Origin: Bacillota bacterium
GTDB lineage: Bacteria; Bacillota; Sulfobacillia; JAMDAP01
Direction: 5' to 3'
DNA: 64,000 nucleotides
Assembly: GCA_050260815.1 (NCBI GenBank)
Contig: JBLNCQ010000144.1
Coordinates: forward strand, 2,024 to 66,023
Shown: positions 28,887 through 37,035 of the stretch, piece by piece
Layout: the number at the start of each line of letters is the position of its first letter
Position numbering within the stretch: the first letter of the stretch is position 1
Position numbers and translations under genes: made by a program
Notes under the pieces: model-generated
Seen by the model: the letters and a program-made list of their open reading frames with translations, nothing else
What the model was told of the DNA's origin: nothing
Database searches by the model: none

Positions 28887-29518
28887 AGATAGCGCTCCTC
28901 GCGGCGGATCAGCCACGCACTGGCCAGCAAGAGCAGCAGGCCCATGCCGGCCAGCGTGGCGTGCTGGGCCAGAAGCAGCGAGCCGGGGCGAACCGAGACG
29001 CCCAGCGAGAGGTCCATGTAGCGCCAAACTGGGTGCGCCGACAGCGCGGAGTGGGCAATCACGTCAAGGAACCACAGGATGCCGGCGGCGGTTGCGCCGA
29101 CCATGGCCTCGTGCGCCGCCAGGCCCATGGCCAGCGCCAGGAAGGATAAAGACAGCGAAGGCACCAGCGTGACCCAGGCAGGTACCAGGGGCTGGGCGGA
29201 CAGGGCCGAGGCCAGGCCCCAGAGAGCCAGGACCGAACCTGCCGACAGGAGGAAGAGGGCGGCTACCCTCTGCAGCAACCAGGTCATGGGCCGCCGGGGC
29301 ACGGTCAGGATGAGTTCCAGAGGAGGATCATCCAAGAAGAGCGCCGGTGTGACCAGGGCCACCAGGGCCGGCAGAAGGGTTACGTAGCCGCGCACCAGGT
29401 TGAACAGAAGGCGCTGATCGCGGTGGAAGAGCACAATCAGGACAATGAAGATGGCCCAGATACCTGCGGGGGCCCACAGCCTGCGGCGAATCACACTGAG
29501 GTGAACAGCCCAACTCAT
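28883..29518 (-). CDS. ABC-2-type transporter permease
   Basis: 211-aa polytopic membrane protein; AGGAGGTG RBS; ATGA overlap with the ATPase gene. Confidence 0.6.
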   Translation of the reverse strand: MSWAVHLSVIRRRLWAPAGIWAIFIVLIVLFHRDQRLLFNLVRGYVTLLPALVALVTPALFLDDPPLELILTVPRRPMTWLLQRVAALFLLSAGSVLALWGLASALSAQPLVPAWVTLVPSLSLSFLALAMGLAAHEAMVGATAAGILWFLDVIAHSALSAHPVWRYMDLSLGVSVRPGSLLLAQHATLAGMGLLLLLASAWLIRREERYL

Positions 29519-29529
29519 ACCCGCACCTC

Positions 29530-30123
29530 CTAGCCGCGTCCCGCCTGAAGGCGGAGAATGCGGCGCGTGATCGCCAGGGCTCCGGCAGCGCCCGCCAGCA
29601 ACAGCGCCAGGCTGAGGAAGCCCAGGGGCTGCGTGGCGTTGTGGACGGCTCCCGGCCCGGAGACGCTGAAGATCCCGGCGGCGACGTAAGCACCGGAGGG
29701 CATGAGGGGCGTTCCCGTTAAGGTGGGGATGCCGGCGGAAGGGCTGAGGGCGTTGCCCCAGAACCAGTAGCCCACAAAGAGCACCTGGTAAAGGGGAACG
29801 GGCATGAACGCGGGACATCCCAGCGAAAACGAGGCCACGAACAGCAGGCCGGGCAGGAGGATGACCGCGAAGAGGAGCAGCGACTGCAGCGGAAGCAGCG
29901 GGCCGGCCTGCCAGCGCGTCATGATCACGGTCACACCGTACAGGTACAGCAGGAGCACGGGAAGGGTAGAGGCGCTGACGCTTCCCAGATACTTGCCCAG
30001 GAGACGAGGCCAGCCCCCACCCGGCTGGCTCTCCAGCAGTTCGAAGACGCGCAGGCGCCGGTCGCGTGCCAGCCGGTCGGCCAGCATCAGCCCATAGCCC
30101 AGCGGAAGCATCAACCCTGCCAT
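29530..30123 (-). CDS. ABC-2-type transporter permease (second membrane subunit)
   Basis: 197-aa hydrophobic protein; start tentative. Confidence 0.5.
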   Translation of the reverse strand: MAGLMLPLGYGLMLADRLARDRRLRVFELLESQPGGGWPRLLGKYLGSVSASTLPVLLLYLYGVTVIMTRWQAGPLLPLQSLLLFAVILLPGLLFVASFSLGCPAFMPVPLYQVLFVGYWFWGNALSPSAGIPTLTGTPLMPSGAYVAAGIFSVSGPGAVHNATQPLGFLSLALLLAGAAGALAITRRILRLQAGRG

Positions 30124-30362
30124 GACGGCCCAGTCGCCGACCGCCGCCAGGGCCGGAACCGTGGTGCTGCGTTCCCAGTCCGGGCGTCCTGCTCCGCGGC
30201 CCGGACCTCCTCCGCGACAAGCCCCGAAAGGCGCTGCCAGAACGCAAGCTCCTCGCGGCAGGAGGCGCAGGCTGACAGGTGTGCGTGAACCGCGGCGCGC
30301 TCCCGCGCTTCCATCGTGCCGTTCAGGTAGAAGGGCAACTTCTCCGACACGTGCTGCTGCAC
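30111..30362 (-). CDS. zinc-finger (zf-HC2) anti-sigma factor
   Basis: HAHLSACASCREELAFWQRL matches the H-x3-C-x2-C anti-sigma motif; the gene lies immediately downstream of the ECF sigma gene. Confidence 0.5.
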   Translation of the reverse strand: MQQHVSEKLPFYLNGTMEARERAAVHAHLSACASCREELAFWQRLSGLVAEEVRAAEQDARTGNAAPRFRPWRRSATGPSWQG

Positions 30363-30367
30363 CCGAC

Positions 30368-30961
30368 TCACCTCCCCAGGGCCAGATCTCGCGCCAGGTA
30401 CTTCCTGGCATAGCTGAGCCGGCTCTTCACCGTTCCGACCGGACACCCCATGACGCGGGCCGTCTCCTCAAGGCTCAGTCCGTGCCCCAGCACCAGGTCA
30501 AGCGTGGCCCTGTGGAGCGGCGAGAGGCGCCCTATGGCCGCGGCCAGAGCGGCGCGTGTCTCGCGCGCGTCCAGGCGGGCCTCCGGCTGCCAGCCTGGGT
30601 CGGCCGGCTGGTCAGGCACCGCATCGACCGGCTGGGGCCACCTTCTTCGCAGGGCGCTCATGGCCTTGTGATGGGCGATTCCCAGCAGCCAGGTGCTGAC
30701 CCGGCTGTCGCCGCGGTACCGCCCGGCCTGCTGCCAGACTGCCAGCCAGACATCCTGTTCCACTTCCTCTGCAAGCTGACGGTCTCCCACCCTGCGGGCG
30801 ATGTAGCCCCAGAGGCGCGCATGGTGCCGTTTCTGCAACTCAGCCAGGGAGCGAGGATCGCGCCGCGCAATGCCGTGGAGCAGGGAGCCGTCGTCGGGCG
30901 AGTCCGGTCCGCGCTGCGCCGCCGTTGCCAGTGCCGCAGACACGGTGTCCTGGAACGTCAT
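30368..30961 (-). CDS. ECF sigma factor (sigma-70 regions 2 and 4)
   Basis: Region 2 (..DVWLAVWQQAGRY..) and region 4 HTH (LSLEETARVMGCPVGTVKSRL). Confidence 0.8.
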   Translation of the reverse strand: MTFQDTVSAALATAAQRGPDSPDDGSLLHGIARRDPRSLAELQKRHHARLWGYIARRVGDRQLAEEVEQDVWLAVWQQAGRYRGDSRVSTWLLGIAHHKAMSALRRRWPQPVDAVPDQPADPGWQPEARLDARETRAALAAAIGRLSPLHRATLDLVLGHGLSLEETARVMGCPVGTVKSRLSYARKYLARDLALGR

Positions 30962-31055
30962 CCCCGCCACTCCCTTCCGTTAGTGAGTCGCCTGCCCATG
31001 GCGGTTGGTTCAAATGGGCGAGACGGTTCGGTCATCGGCCTTCCTCCGGCGCATT

Positions 31056-31087
31056 GGCGGCCCCGCCATGACCTCATGGCGGGGCCG
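31056..31087. repeat. 32-bp perfect palindrome (15-bp arms, 2-bp centre) in a divergent intergenic region
   Basis: GCGGCCCCGCCATGA-CC-TCATGGCGGGGCCGC read directly from the sequence. Confidence 0.6.
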
Positions 31088-31219
31088 CTCGACTTTCCCA
31101 GGGCCGCTTGCTCTCTTTGGGACAACGCTGTTCCTCCCGCGCCGTTCGCCCCCCGGACGGCCCCTTCCGGGCCCCGCCCGAGTATAATGGCAACGATGCG
31201 ATTGTGGGGAGGGAATCGA

Positions 31220-32212
31220 ATGGCCCAGCCCGGAGGTGGGCCCGCGGGCAAGACGCCTGTGGGAGCCCAAGCCCTGTGGCCCTATCTCTGTCTAGTTAGC
31301 GCGCCCCTCTTCTGGAGCGGCAACATGATCTTTGGCCAGGTGCTGGCGGGGGCCGTGCCGCCCATCACACTTAGCCTCGTTCGGTGGGTGGTGGCGTCGA
31401 TGATCCTGGCGTTGGCCGTGAGCCTCAGCGAGGGGCGCATTACCCGGCCGGCCCGCCAGGCGTGGGGGCCCGTGACGATCATGGCCGTTACCAGCGTGGC
31501 CGCCTTCACTCCGCTGGTTTACCTGTCTCTGCACTTCGTCGGTTCGGTGGAGGCAGCCCTGATCCAGTCCTCCACGCCGGTTTTCGCACTCCTGATCGCC
31601 CGTCTGACTGCGGGCGAGGGGCTGACCTGGGGCAAGGCCGTCGGCTCGCTGCTGACCATGCTGGGGGTGGCCGTCATTGTCAGTCGCGGTCACGTATTCC
31701 GCCTACTGGCCTTCCATTGGGACCCGGGCGATCTCCTCATGTTGCTTGCGGCGCTTCTGTGGGCCGTATCCACTGTGGCGGCGCGGCATGTGGCCGGGAG
31801 AGCGACGCCGCTGAGCGCCACCTTCCATTCGGCTTGGATGGGTCTGCTGATGCTGGTGCCTGTCGCCGCCTGGGAGCTGGCGCGGAACCCGGTCGTCCAC
31901 CTCACGCCGGTGGCTGTATCAGGCATCGCCTACGTCAGCATCTTCCCTTCCGCCCTGGCGTTCCTGGCCTGGAATTATGGCGTCGGCAGGATTGGTGCCG
32001 GCAGGGCCGCCGTGTTCAATAACCTGCTGCCGCTGTTCACGGCCGTCTGGGCAGTCGCACTGCTGGGCGAGCCGGTCTCCTGGGCTCAGGTCGTGGGCGG
32101 TGTGCTCATTCTGGGGGGCGTTAGCCTGGGGGGAGTCCTTCCGCCCTACTCAACCAGGTGGCCCCGGCTTTCCACCGTAGGAGGCACAGCCGAGAGGGCG
32201 TCACGATCATAG
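31220..32212 (+). CDS. DMT-superfamily (EamA-like) transporter
   Basis: Ten predicted TM helices in two EamA repeats; GGGAGG RBS. Confidence 0.75.
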   Translation: MAQPGGGPAGKTPVGAQALWPYLCLVSAPLFWSGNMIFGQVLAGAVPPITLSLVRWVVASMILALAVSLSEGRITRPARQAWGPVTIMAVTSVAAFTPLVYLSLHFVGSVEAALIQSSTPVFALLIARLTAGEGLTWGKAVGSLLTMLGVAVIVSRGHVFRLLAFHWDPGDLLMLLAALLWAVSTVAARHVAGRATPLSATFHSAWMGLLMLVPVAAWELARNPVVHLTPVAVSGIAYVSIFPSALAFLAWNYGVGRIGAGRAAVFNNLLPLFTAVWAVALLGEPVSWAQVVGGVLILGGVSLGGVLPPYSTRWPRLSTVGGTAERASRS

Positions 32213-33345
32213 CCAATTTCCAGGTTGCCTGAGGCCGAGACCGTGTTGCCGATCACGGCGCCCTCGATCTCAGCGTTGCCGTGGAGGGTGATGTCACCCG
32301 TGCCGGGCGCCGTTGAGGGGGCATAGACAATGCCGTGGATCTCGGCATTGCCGCCGATCGTAATATTGCCCCCTGTGCTGGCCAGGGCCAGGGCGGAGGT
32401 GCCCCCGGAGGCCCGCGGCGTGTCGTAAACCAACCGGGTGTTACCCAGGATGGTGATGTCACCCATGGCCACAATGGCGGCCTGACCGCTGAAAACATGA
32501 GTGGTATTGCCGGTGATGGTCACATCGCCGTCCACCAGTAGGATGCCGTTGAACCTCAGGTTTCCCGACAGATGGACGTTCCCGTGCACCACCACGATGC
32601 CGCTGATCCCCAGGTTGCCGCTGAACGTCTGGTCTCCGTTGTAGACCCGCGTGGCCCCCTGACTCAGCCCCTGGGTGTTGAGGTCGGGGAGCGGAATTAC
32701 CGGCACATGGTCGGTGACCTGGCCGGTATGGTTATTCCCCGTCAGGGTGGTGGTTCCAACGGCCTCCACGTCACCCATTTGGTTGTTGCCGATGAGCCTG
32801 ATGTCGGTGTTGCCGTGGGTGCCGCCGCTGACGGTGTTATTGCCGTTCAGGCGCAGGGTCTGGGTTTCCGAGCCGGAGAACAGAGCGTAATCGAAGGGGC
32901 GGGGAGGGCCGCTGCGCGCCGCCGCACCTGCCACAACAGGCACCTCGCGTATGCCCAGCACTCTGACAAAGTAGGTCTCCGTGAGGCGGCTGGCCTTGAC
33001 CTGAATCTGGTCAGGTCGGTTGTTGTAGTTCGTGGTGATAGTAAAGGCCGCCGGGTCCAGCCCGTTGGCACGGATCAGGTCTTGCGCGCGGGCAGCCGCG
33101 CCGGCCTGGTTGTAGGGCAGGGCGGAGGCACCTGCCAGAGCGGCAGCGTCCGCCACGTTCTGCAGCCTGTTCTGTTCATTGTAGTAGTGCCCCGCATCAA
33201 GAGCCAGCCCGGTGAAACCGATCAGGGCCACCATCACTAAGGCGAGGAGCACAGCGCTCTGGCCCTGCTCGTCCGCCGGAAGCCGACGGCAGCCCACAAG
33301 GCGCCGCCACCAGTCCCCAAGGTCAGGACAGTTTCGTCTGAGCAA
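32146..33345 (-). CDS. TadE/TadG-like N-terminal domain protein with C-terminal parallel beta-helix repeats
   Basis: PF13400-like N-terminus (SAVLLALVMVALIGFTGLALDAGHYY..DAAALAGA) followed by GN-rich repeats (ITGNT.., GNA..); TTG start after AGGAGG. Confidence 0.55.
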   Translation of the reverse strand: MLRRNCPDLGDWWRRLVGCRRLPADEQGQSAVLLALVMVALIGFTGLALDAGHYYNEQNRLQNVADAAALAGASALPYNQAGAAARAQDLIRANGLDPAAFTITTNYNNRPDQIQVKASRLTETYFVRVLGIREVPVVAGAAARSGPPRPFDYALFSGSETQTLRLNGNNTVSGGTHGNTDIRLIGNNQMGDVEAVGTTTLTGNNHTGQVTDHVPVIPLPDLNTQGLSQGATRVYNGDQTFSGNLGISGIVVVHGNVHLSGNLRFNGILLVDGDVTITGNTTHVFSGQAAIVAMGDITILGNTRLVYDTPRASGGTSALALASTGGNITIGGNAEIHGIVYAPSTAPGTGDITLHGNAEIEGAVIGNTVSASGNLEIGYDRDALSAVPPTVESRGHLVE

Positions 33346-33463
33346 AGGCCCACCTCCTGCTCCGGGCTCCGTGTCTACGCTGATTGTAGCCCGCAGGGCA
33401 AGGCCCGTCCACCAGGGGCGTGAGAAGATAGGACCAGGGTCCCAGCAGGTTGGGGCTCTGGTC

Positions 33464-34201
33464 CTATTCCTGCGCCAGGCCCGTGGCCGCCAGAAGGGCG
33501 ATGACCTCGTCGGGCCGGAGCTCCCGCGCCTGCCCGGGCCGCAGCGAGGGGTCCAAGTGCAGCGGCCCCATCCGTAGCCGCTTGAGGAAGATCACCGGTT
33601 TCCCCAGCGCCAAGAACATGCGTTTCACTTGGTGGAACTTGCCTTCCCGGATGGTCACCTCGGCCTCCGACTCCTGCCCCGCACGCAGCGGGTGCAGGCG
33701 GGCCGGGAGTGTGCGATAGCCGTCATGCAGCACGACCCCGTCGGCGAACGCCTTGATGTCGGAGGAGGTTAGCGCTCCCTCCACACGGGCCAGGTAGGTC
33801 TTGTCGACGTGCTTGCGCGGCGCCAGGAGGCGATGTGCCAATTCGCCGTTGTCCGTGAGGAGGAGCAGGCCTTCCGTATCGCGGTCCAGGCGACCCACGG
33901 GAAAGAGACCCGGCCGCCGAAGCTCTGCGGGCAGCAGGTCCATGACGGTACGATCACGGCGGTCCTCCGTGGCGGATACCACTCCTGCAGGCTTGTTCAG
34001 CATGATGTAGCGGTGGCGCCGGTACTCCAGGAGCCGCCCCCGGCATTCAACCCGGCTGCTCGCCGAGTCCACGTGGAGCCCCGGGTCCGCCACGGGCAGG
34101 CCATCCACGGTAACGGCGCCGCTCTTGATCAGGGCGCGGACCTCCTTGCGCGTGCCCAGCCCCATGTGCGCCAGAACCTTGTCCAAACGCTCTCCGGCCA
34201 C
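33464..34201 (-). CDS. rRNA pseudouridine synthase (RsuA/RluB family) with S4 domain
   Basis: S4 motif (RLDKVLA..GTRKE) and catalytic GRLDRDTEGLLLLT motif. Confidence 0.8.
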   Translation of the reverse strand: MAGERLDKVLAHMGLGTRKEVRALIKSGAVTVDGLPVADPGLHVDSASSRVECRGRLLEYRRHRYIMLNKPAGVVSATEDRRDRTVMDLLPAELRRPGLFPVGRLDRDTEGLLLLTDNGELAHRLLAPRKHVDKTYLARVEGALTSSDIKAFADGVVLHDGYRTLPARLHPLRAGQESEAEVTIREGKFHQVKRMFLALGKPVIFLKRLRMGPLHLDPSLRPGQARELRPDEVIALLAATGLAQE

Positions 34202-34356
34202 CGCCCATCCCCCCAGGGCAACCTGTGTCAAATCTTCCCTTTCGGCGGGAAGGCGCCTTGAGCCTGCCCAGCGAGCGTTTAGCAAAAAGTTGCTTGCCTT
34301 TCAGGCTTGTTTCAGGTTTCCCATGCAGAGTATGGACCATGAAGGGAGTGAACCGT

Positions 34357-34788
34357 ATGGCAAGAAATGCCAACGCCGCCCTGGCCAAGCTGGCCCTGAG
34401 TATTGCCGGCGCGGCCGCTCTGGCCGGAATTACGGGAAGGCTGGCAGCTACCAACCCGCCGGCGGCTCCGGAGGGTGAGGAGGTTCAGCAAGAAGCACAG
34501 GCGCCCACACCCGTGTCCGCGCCCACGCGGGACAGTGCAGTCCTGGAACCGTCCCCCAGTCAGGCCCCACAGAGCGATGAGCACGTCTTTTCCCGTGATG
34601 ATGAACGAGAGGGCGACCACGAGCGGGAGGATGAGGAGGACGATGAAGACCGCGATGACCATGATGAGTGGGATGATGAGGACGGCCAGGGCTTCGTTCT
34701 GGTCCCGACGCAAGTCTCTCAGGTGCCCCAGTCCGGGGCCGTCGTCCAGCCCGTCGCCCCGCGGCAGACGCGCACCCGCCGATCCTGA
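34357..34788 (+). CDS. small secreted/anchored protein with an extremely acidic D/E/H-rich C-terminal half
   Basis: N-terminal hydrophobic segment, then EGDHEREDEEDDEDRDDHDEWDDEDGQ; AAGGGAG RBS. Confidence 0.5.
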   Translation: MARNANAALAKLALSIAGAAALAGITGRLAATNPPAAPEGEEVQQEAQAPTPVSAPTRDSAVLEPSPSQAPQSDEHVFSRDDEREGDHEREDEEDDEDRDDHDEWDDEDGQGFVLVPTQVSQVPQSGAVVQPVAPRQTRTRRS

Positions 34789-34789
34789 A

Positions 34790-35707
34790 GTGGGGGCGGC
34801 AGTCTTGTCCCAGGCGGAAGACACCCGTCGCTTTCGGGTCATGAACACCGAAGTGGAAGTTGCCGGGGCGGAATTTGACCTGGAGCCCTGGTTCCGCAGG
34901 GTTGAAGCCGTACTGACTCGATTCGACCCGGCGAGTCCGCTCTGCCAACTGAACGCCGCGGCCGGGTCCTGGGTGCTGGTGCCGCCCCTGCTGTATAGGG
35001 CCGTCGCCGCAGCCCTGCAGGCCGCCCGCGAAACCGGAGGGGCCTATGACCCCACCGTGCTGGCCGCGCTGGAGGCCGCCGGCTACAGCCGGAGCTTTGA
35101 ACTGGGTCCGCAGAGTGCGGGGCAGGCCAGCCCTGCGGGGCGGTGGTCCGCCATTTCCCTGGAGCCGCGGGTAGGGGTCATCCGGCTGCCCGCGGGCGTC
35201 CGGCTGGACCTGGGTGGCATTGGCAAGGGCCTGGCGGTGGATGGCGCGGCCTGGCGCGCGAGGCGTGAGGCCAAGAGGCAAGGGCGGCCTCCTTCGTACG
35301 TGGTCAACGCGGGCGGAGACCTGGCCGTGCAGGCCTCCGGCGGGGAGCCGCCCGTTCAGGTGCATATTGACGATCCGCTTCATCCTGGCCGTAACCTGGC
35401 CTCCCTGAGGCTGAGGCGCGGGGCCGTGGCTACGTCCAGCACCCTGGGGCGCCGCTGGGGCGAAGGACTGCACCACATCATCGACCCCAGGACCGGCCGC
35501 CCCGCCGACTCAGGCGTGGCTGCGGCCACCGTGGTTGCCGGCATGGCCTCCCGGGCGGAGACTCTGGCCAAGGCCTGCATCGTGCTGGGGGCCGAAAGAG
35601 GGATGGAGCTACTGAAGTCGAAAGGTTGCCTGGGAATCCTGGTGACCGACGACGGGAGCGTCCTCCTTTCCCCGGGAATGGAGGACTGTCTGCATGAACC
35701 AGCCTGA
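34790..35707 (+). CDS. apbE: FAD:protein FMN transferase (ApbE family)
   Basis: ApbE conserved regions (..DLGGIGKG.., ..SGDY-like core); no signal peptide; start GTG 34790, or ATG 34841. Confidence 0.7.
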   Translation: MGAAVLSQAEDTRRFRVMNTEVEVAGAEFDLEPWFRRVEAVLTRFDPASPLCQLNAAAGSWVLVPPLLYRAVAAALQAARETGGAYDPTVLAALEAAGYSRSFELGPQSAGQASPAGRWSAISLEPRVGVIRLPAGVRLDLGGIGKGLAVDGAAWRARREAKRQGRPPSYVVNAGGDLAVQASGGEPPVQVHIDDPLHPGRNLASLRLRRGAVATSSTLGRRWGEGLHHIIDPRTGRPADSGVAAATVVAGMASRAETLAKACIVLGAERGMELLKSKGCLGILVTDDGSVLLSPGMEDCLHEPA

Positions 35708-36371
35708 GCGCATGAACCAGCCTGGCCGGCGGAACAGGGTGGCCCTTCCCTGGGCGGGGCTGGTGTCGCTGGTGGCCGCCGCCGCCCTGGCCACGTGGCT
35801 GCTGAGCCCCGCGGCGCCGCCCCTGGCGCTGCTGCAGACCTGGTACCTGGGCCGGGCCGCCGGCCTGGTGGCACTGGCCCTGCTCTGGTTGTCCGTGACC
35901 CTGGGCCTCATGCAGTCGTCCGGCTTGCTGGGCGGCCTCACGGGTCCCGCGGCCAACGTGGATGTTCACGCCTTTGCCGCCCTCCTCAGCCTTTATGCCA
36001 CCACCTTCCACGCCTGGATCCTTCTCTGGGACCGGTTCGTGACATTTGAGTGGACCGAGCTGGCGCTGCCGTTCACGGCCGCCTATGAGCCGGTACTGCT
36101 GGGTCTGGGCACCCTGGCCTTCTACGGCGCCCTAGGGGCGGTGGTCACCACCTACCTCCGAGGGTGGATGGGCCCCAGGGCGTGGCGTTTACTGCACCAG
36201 GCCAGCCTGATTGCCCTGGTCTTCGGCCTGGTCCACGGCTACCTGCTGGGCCCCGACACCACCCTAGCGGCTGTGCGTTTCTTCTATTATTTCGCCGGAT
36301 GGTCGACAGGCCTGCTGCTGGCCTACCGAGTGGCGGGAGGGATCGTTCGTCGTGCGCGTACTGCTGGTTGA
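35694..36371 (+). CDS. ferric-reductase-like transmembrane heme-binding protein (MsrQ-like)
   Basis: Six TM helices with paired conserved His (VHAFAAL, HAWILLW, HQASL, VHGYLLG). Confidence 0.6.
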   Translation: MNQPERMNQPGRRNRVALPWAGLVSLVAAAALATWLLSPAAPPLALLQTWYLGRAAGLVALALLWLSVTLGLMQSSGLLGGLTGPAANVDVHAFAALLSLYATTFHAWILLWDRFVTFEWTELALPFTAAYEPVLLGLGTLAFYGALGAVVTTYLRGWMGPRAWRLLHQASLIALVFGLVHGYLLGPDTTLAAVRFFYYFAGWSTGLLLAYRVAGGIVRRARTAG

Positions 36372-37035
36372 GGACGACGACCGTCTGGGACGGGCCGTGC
36401 TGAAGGGGCTGCGGGAGGAAGGCTACACCGCCGATCGCGCCGCCACCGGCGGCGAGGCGCAGCTCCTGGCCAACACCCGCCACTACGACCTCATCGTCCT
36501 GGACCGCATGCTGCCCGAGATTTCGGGCGATCAGCTGCTCAGTGAGTGGCGCCGGCGGGGCGTGACCACGCCGGTGCTCATGCTTACGGCGCTGGACGCC
36601 GTGGCCAACCGGGTGACCGGCCTGCGGGCCGGCGCGGACGACTATCTGGTCAAGCCATTCGCCTTCGAAGAACTTCTGGCCCGCCTGGAGGCCCTGGCGC
36701 GCCGCGCCTACGGCGGCGCCGGCCAGGGCCCCGTGCTGCGTCAGGGCGACCTGGCCCTCAACACGGAGACCGGCGACCTGACCTGCGGTGCTGAGACGGT
36801 GCGCCTCTCGGCGCAGGAACTGCGTCTTCTGCAACTGTTCCTGCGCCATCCCGGGCAGGTGATGACCCGGCGCGTGATTGTCGACGCCTGCTGGCAGGAC
36901 CCGGACGAGATTACCGACAACGCCCTGGAGGCCCAGATCAAGAACCTGCGCAAACGCATCGCCGCCGTTTCGCCCCGCTCCTGGATCAAAACCAGGCGGG
37001 GTTTCGGCTACGTTCTGGAGGCGGACCCCCAATGA
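36352..37035 (+). CDS. OmpR-family response regulator
   Basis: Receiver domain (DD..D..K) plus winged-helix domain (..GFGYVL). Confidence 0.85.
   Translation: MRVLLVEDDDRLGRAVLKGLREEGYTADRAATGGEAQLLANTRHYDLIVLDRMLPEISGDQLLSEWRRRGVTTPVLMLTALDAVANRVTGLRAGADDYLVKPFAFEELLARLEALARRAYGGAGQGPVLRQGDLALNTETGDLTCGAETVRLSAQELRLLQLFLRHPGQVMTRRVIVDACWQDPDEITDNALEAQIKNLRKRIAAVSPRSWIKTRRGFGYVLEADPQ

Noticed and set aside
30122-32212. 696-aa ORF spanning the sigma gene antisense region, the intergenic palindrome and the EamA gene
   Set aside because: Only the last 330 codons (from ATG 31220, with a GGGAGG RBS) make a coherent membrane transporter; the upstream part is read-through across a promoter region and an antisense gene.
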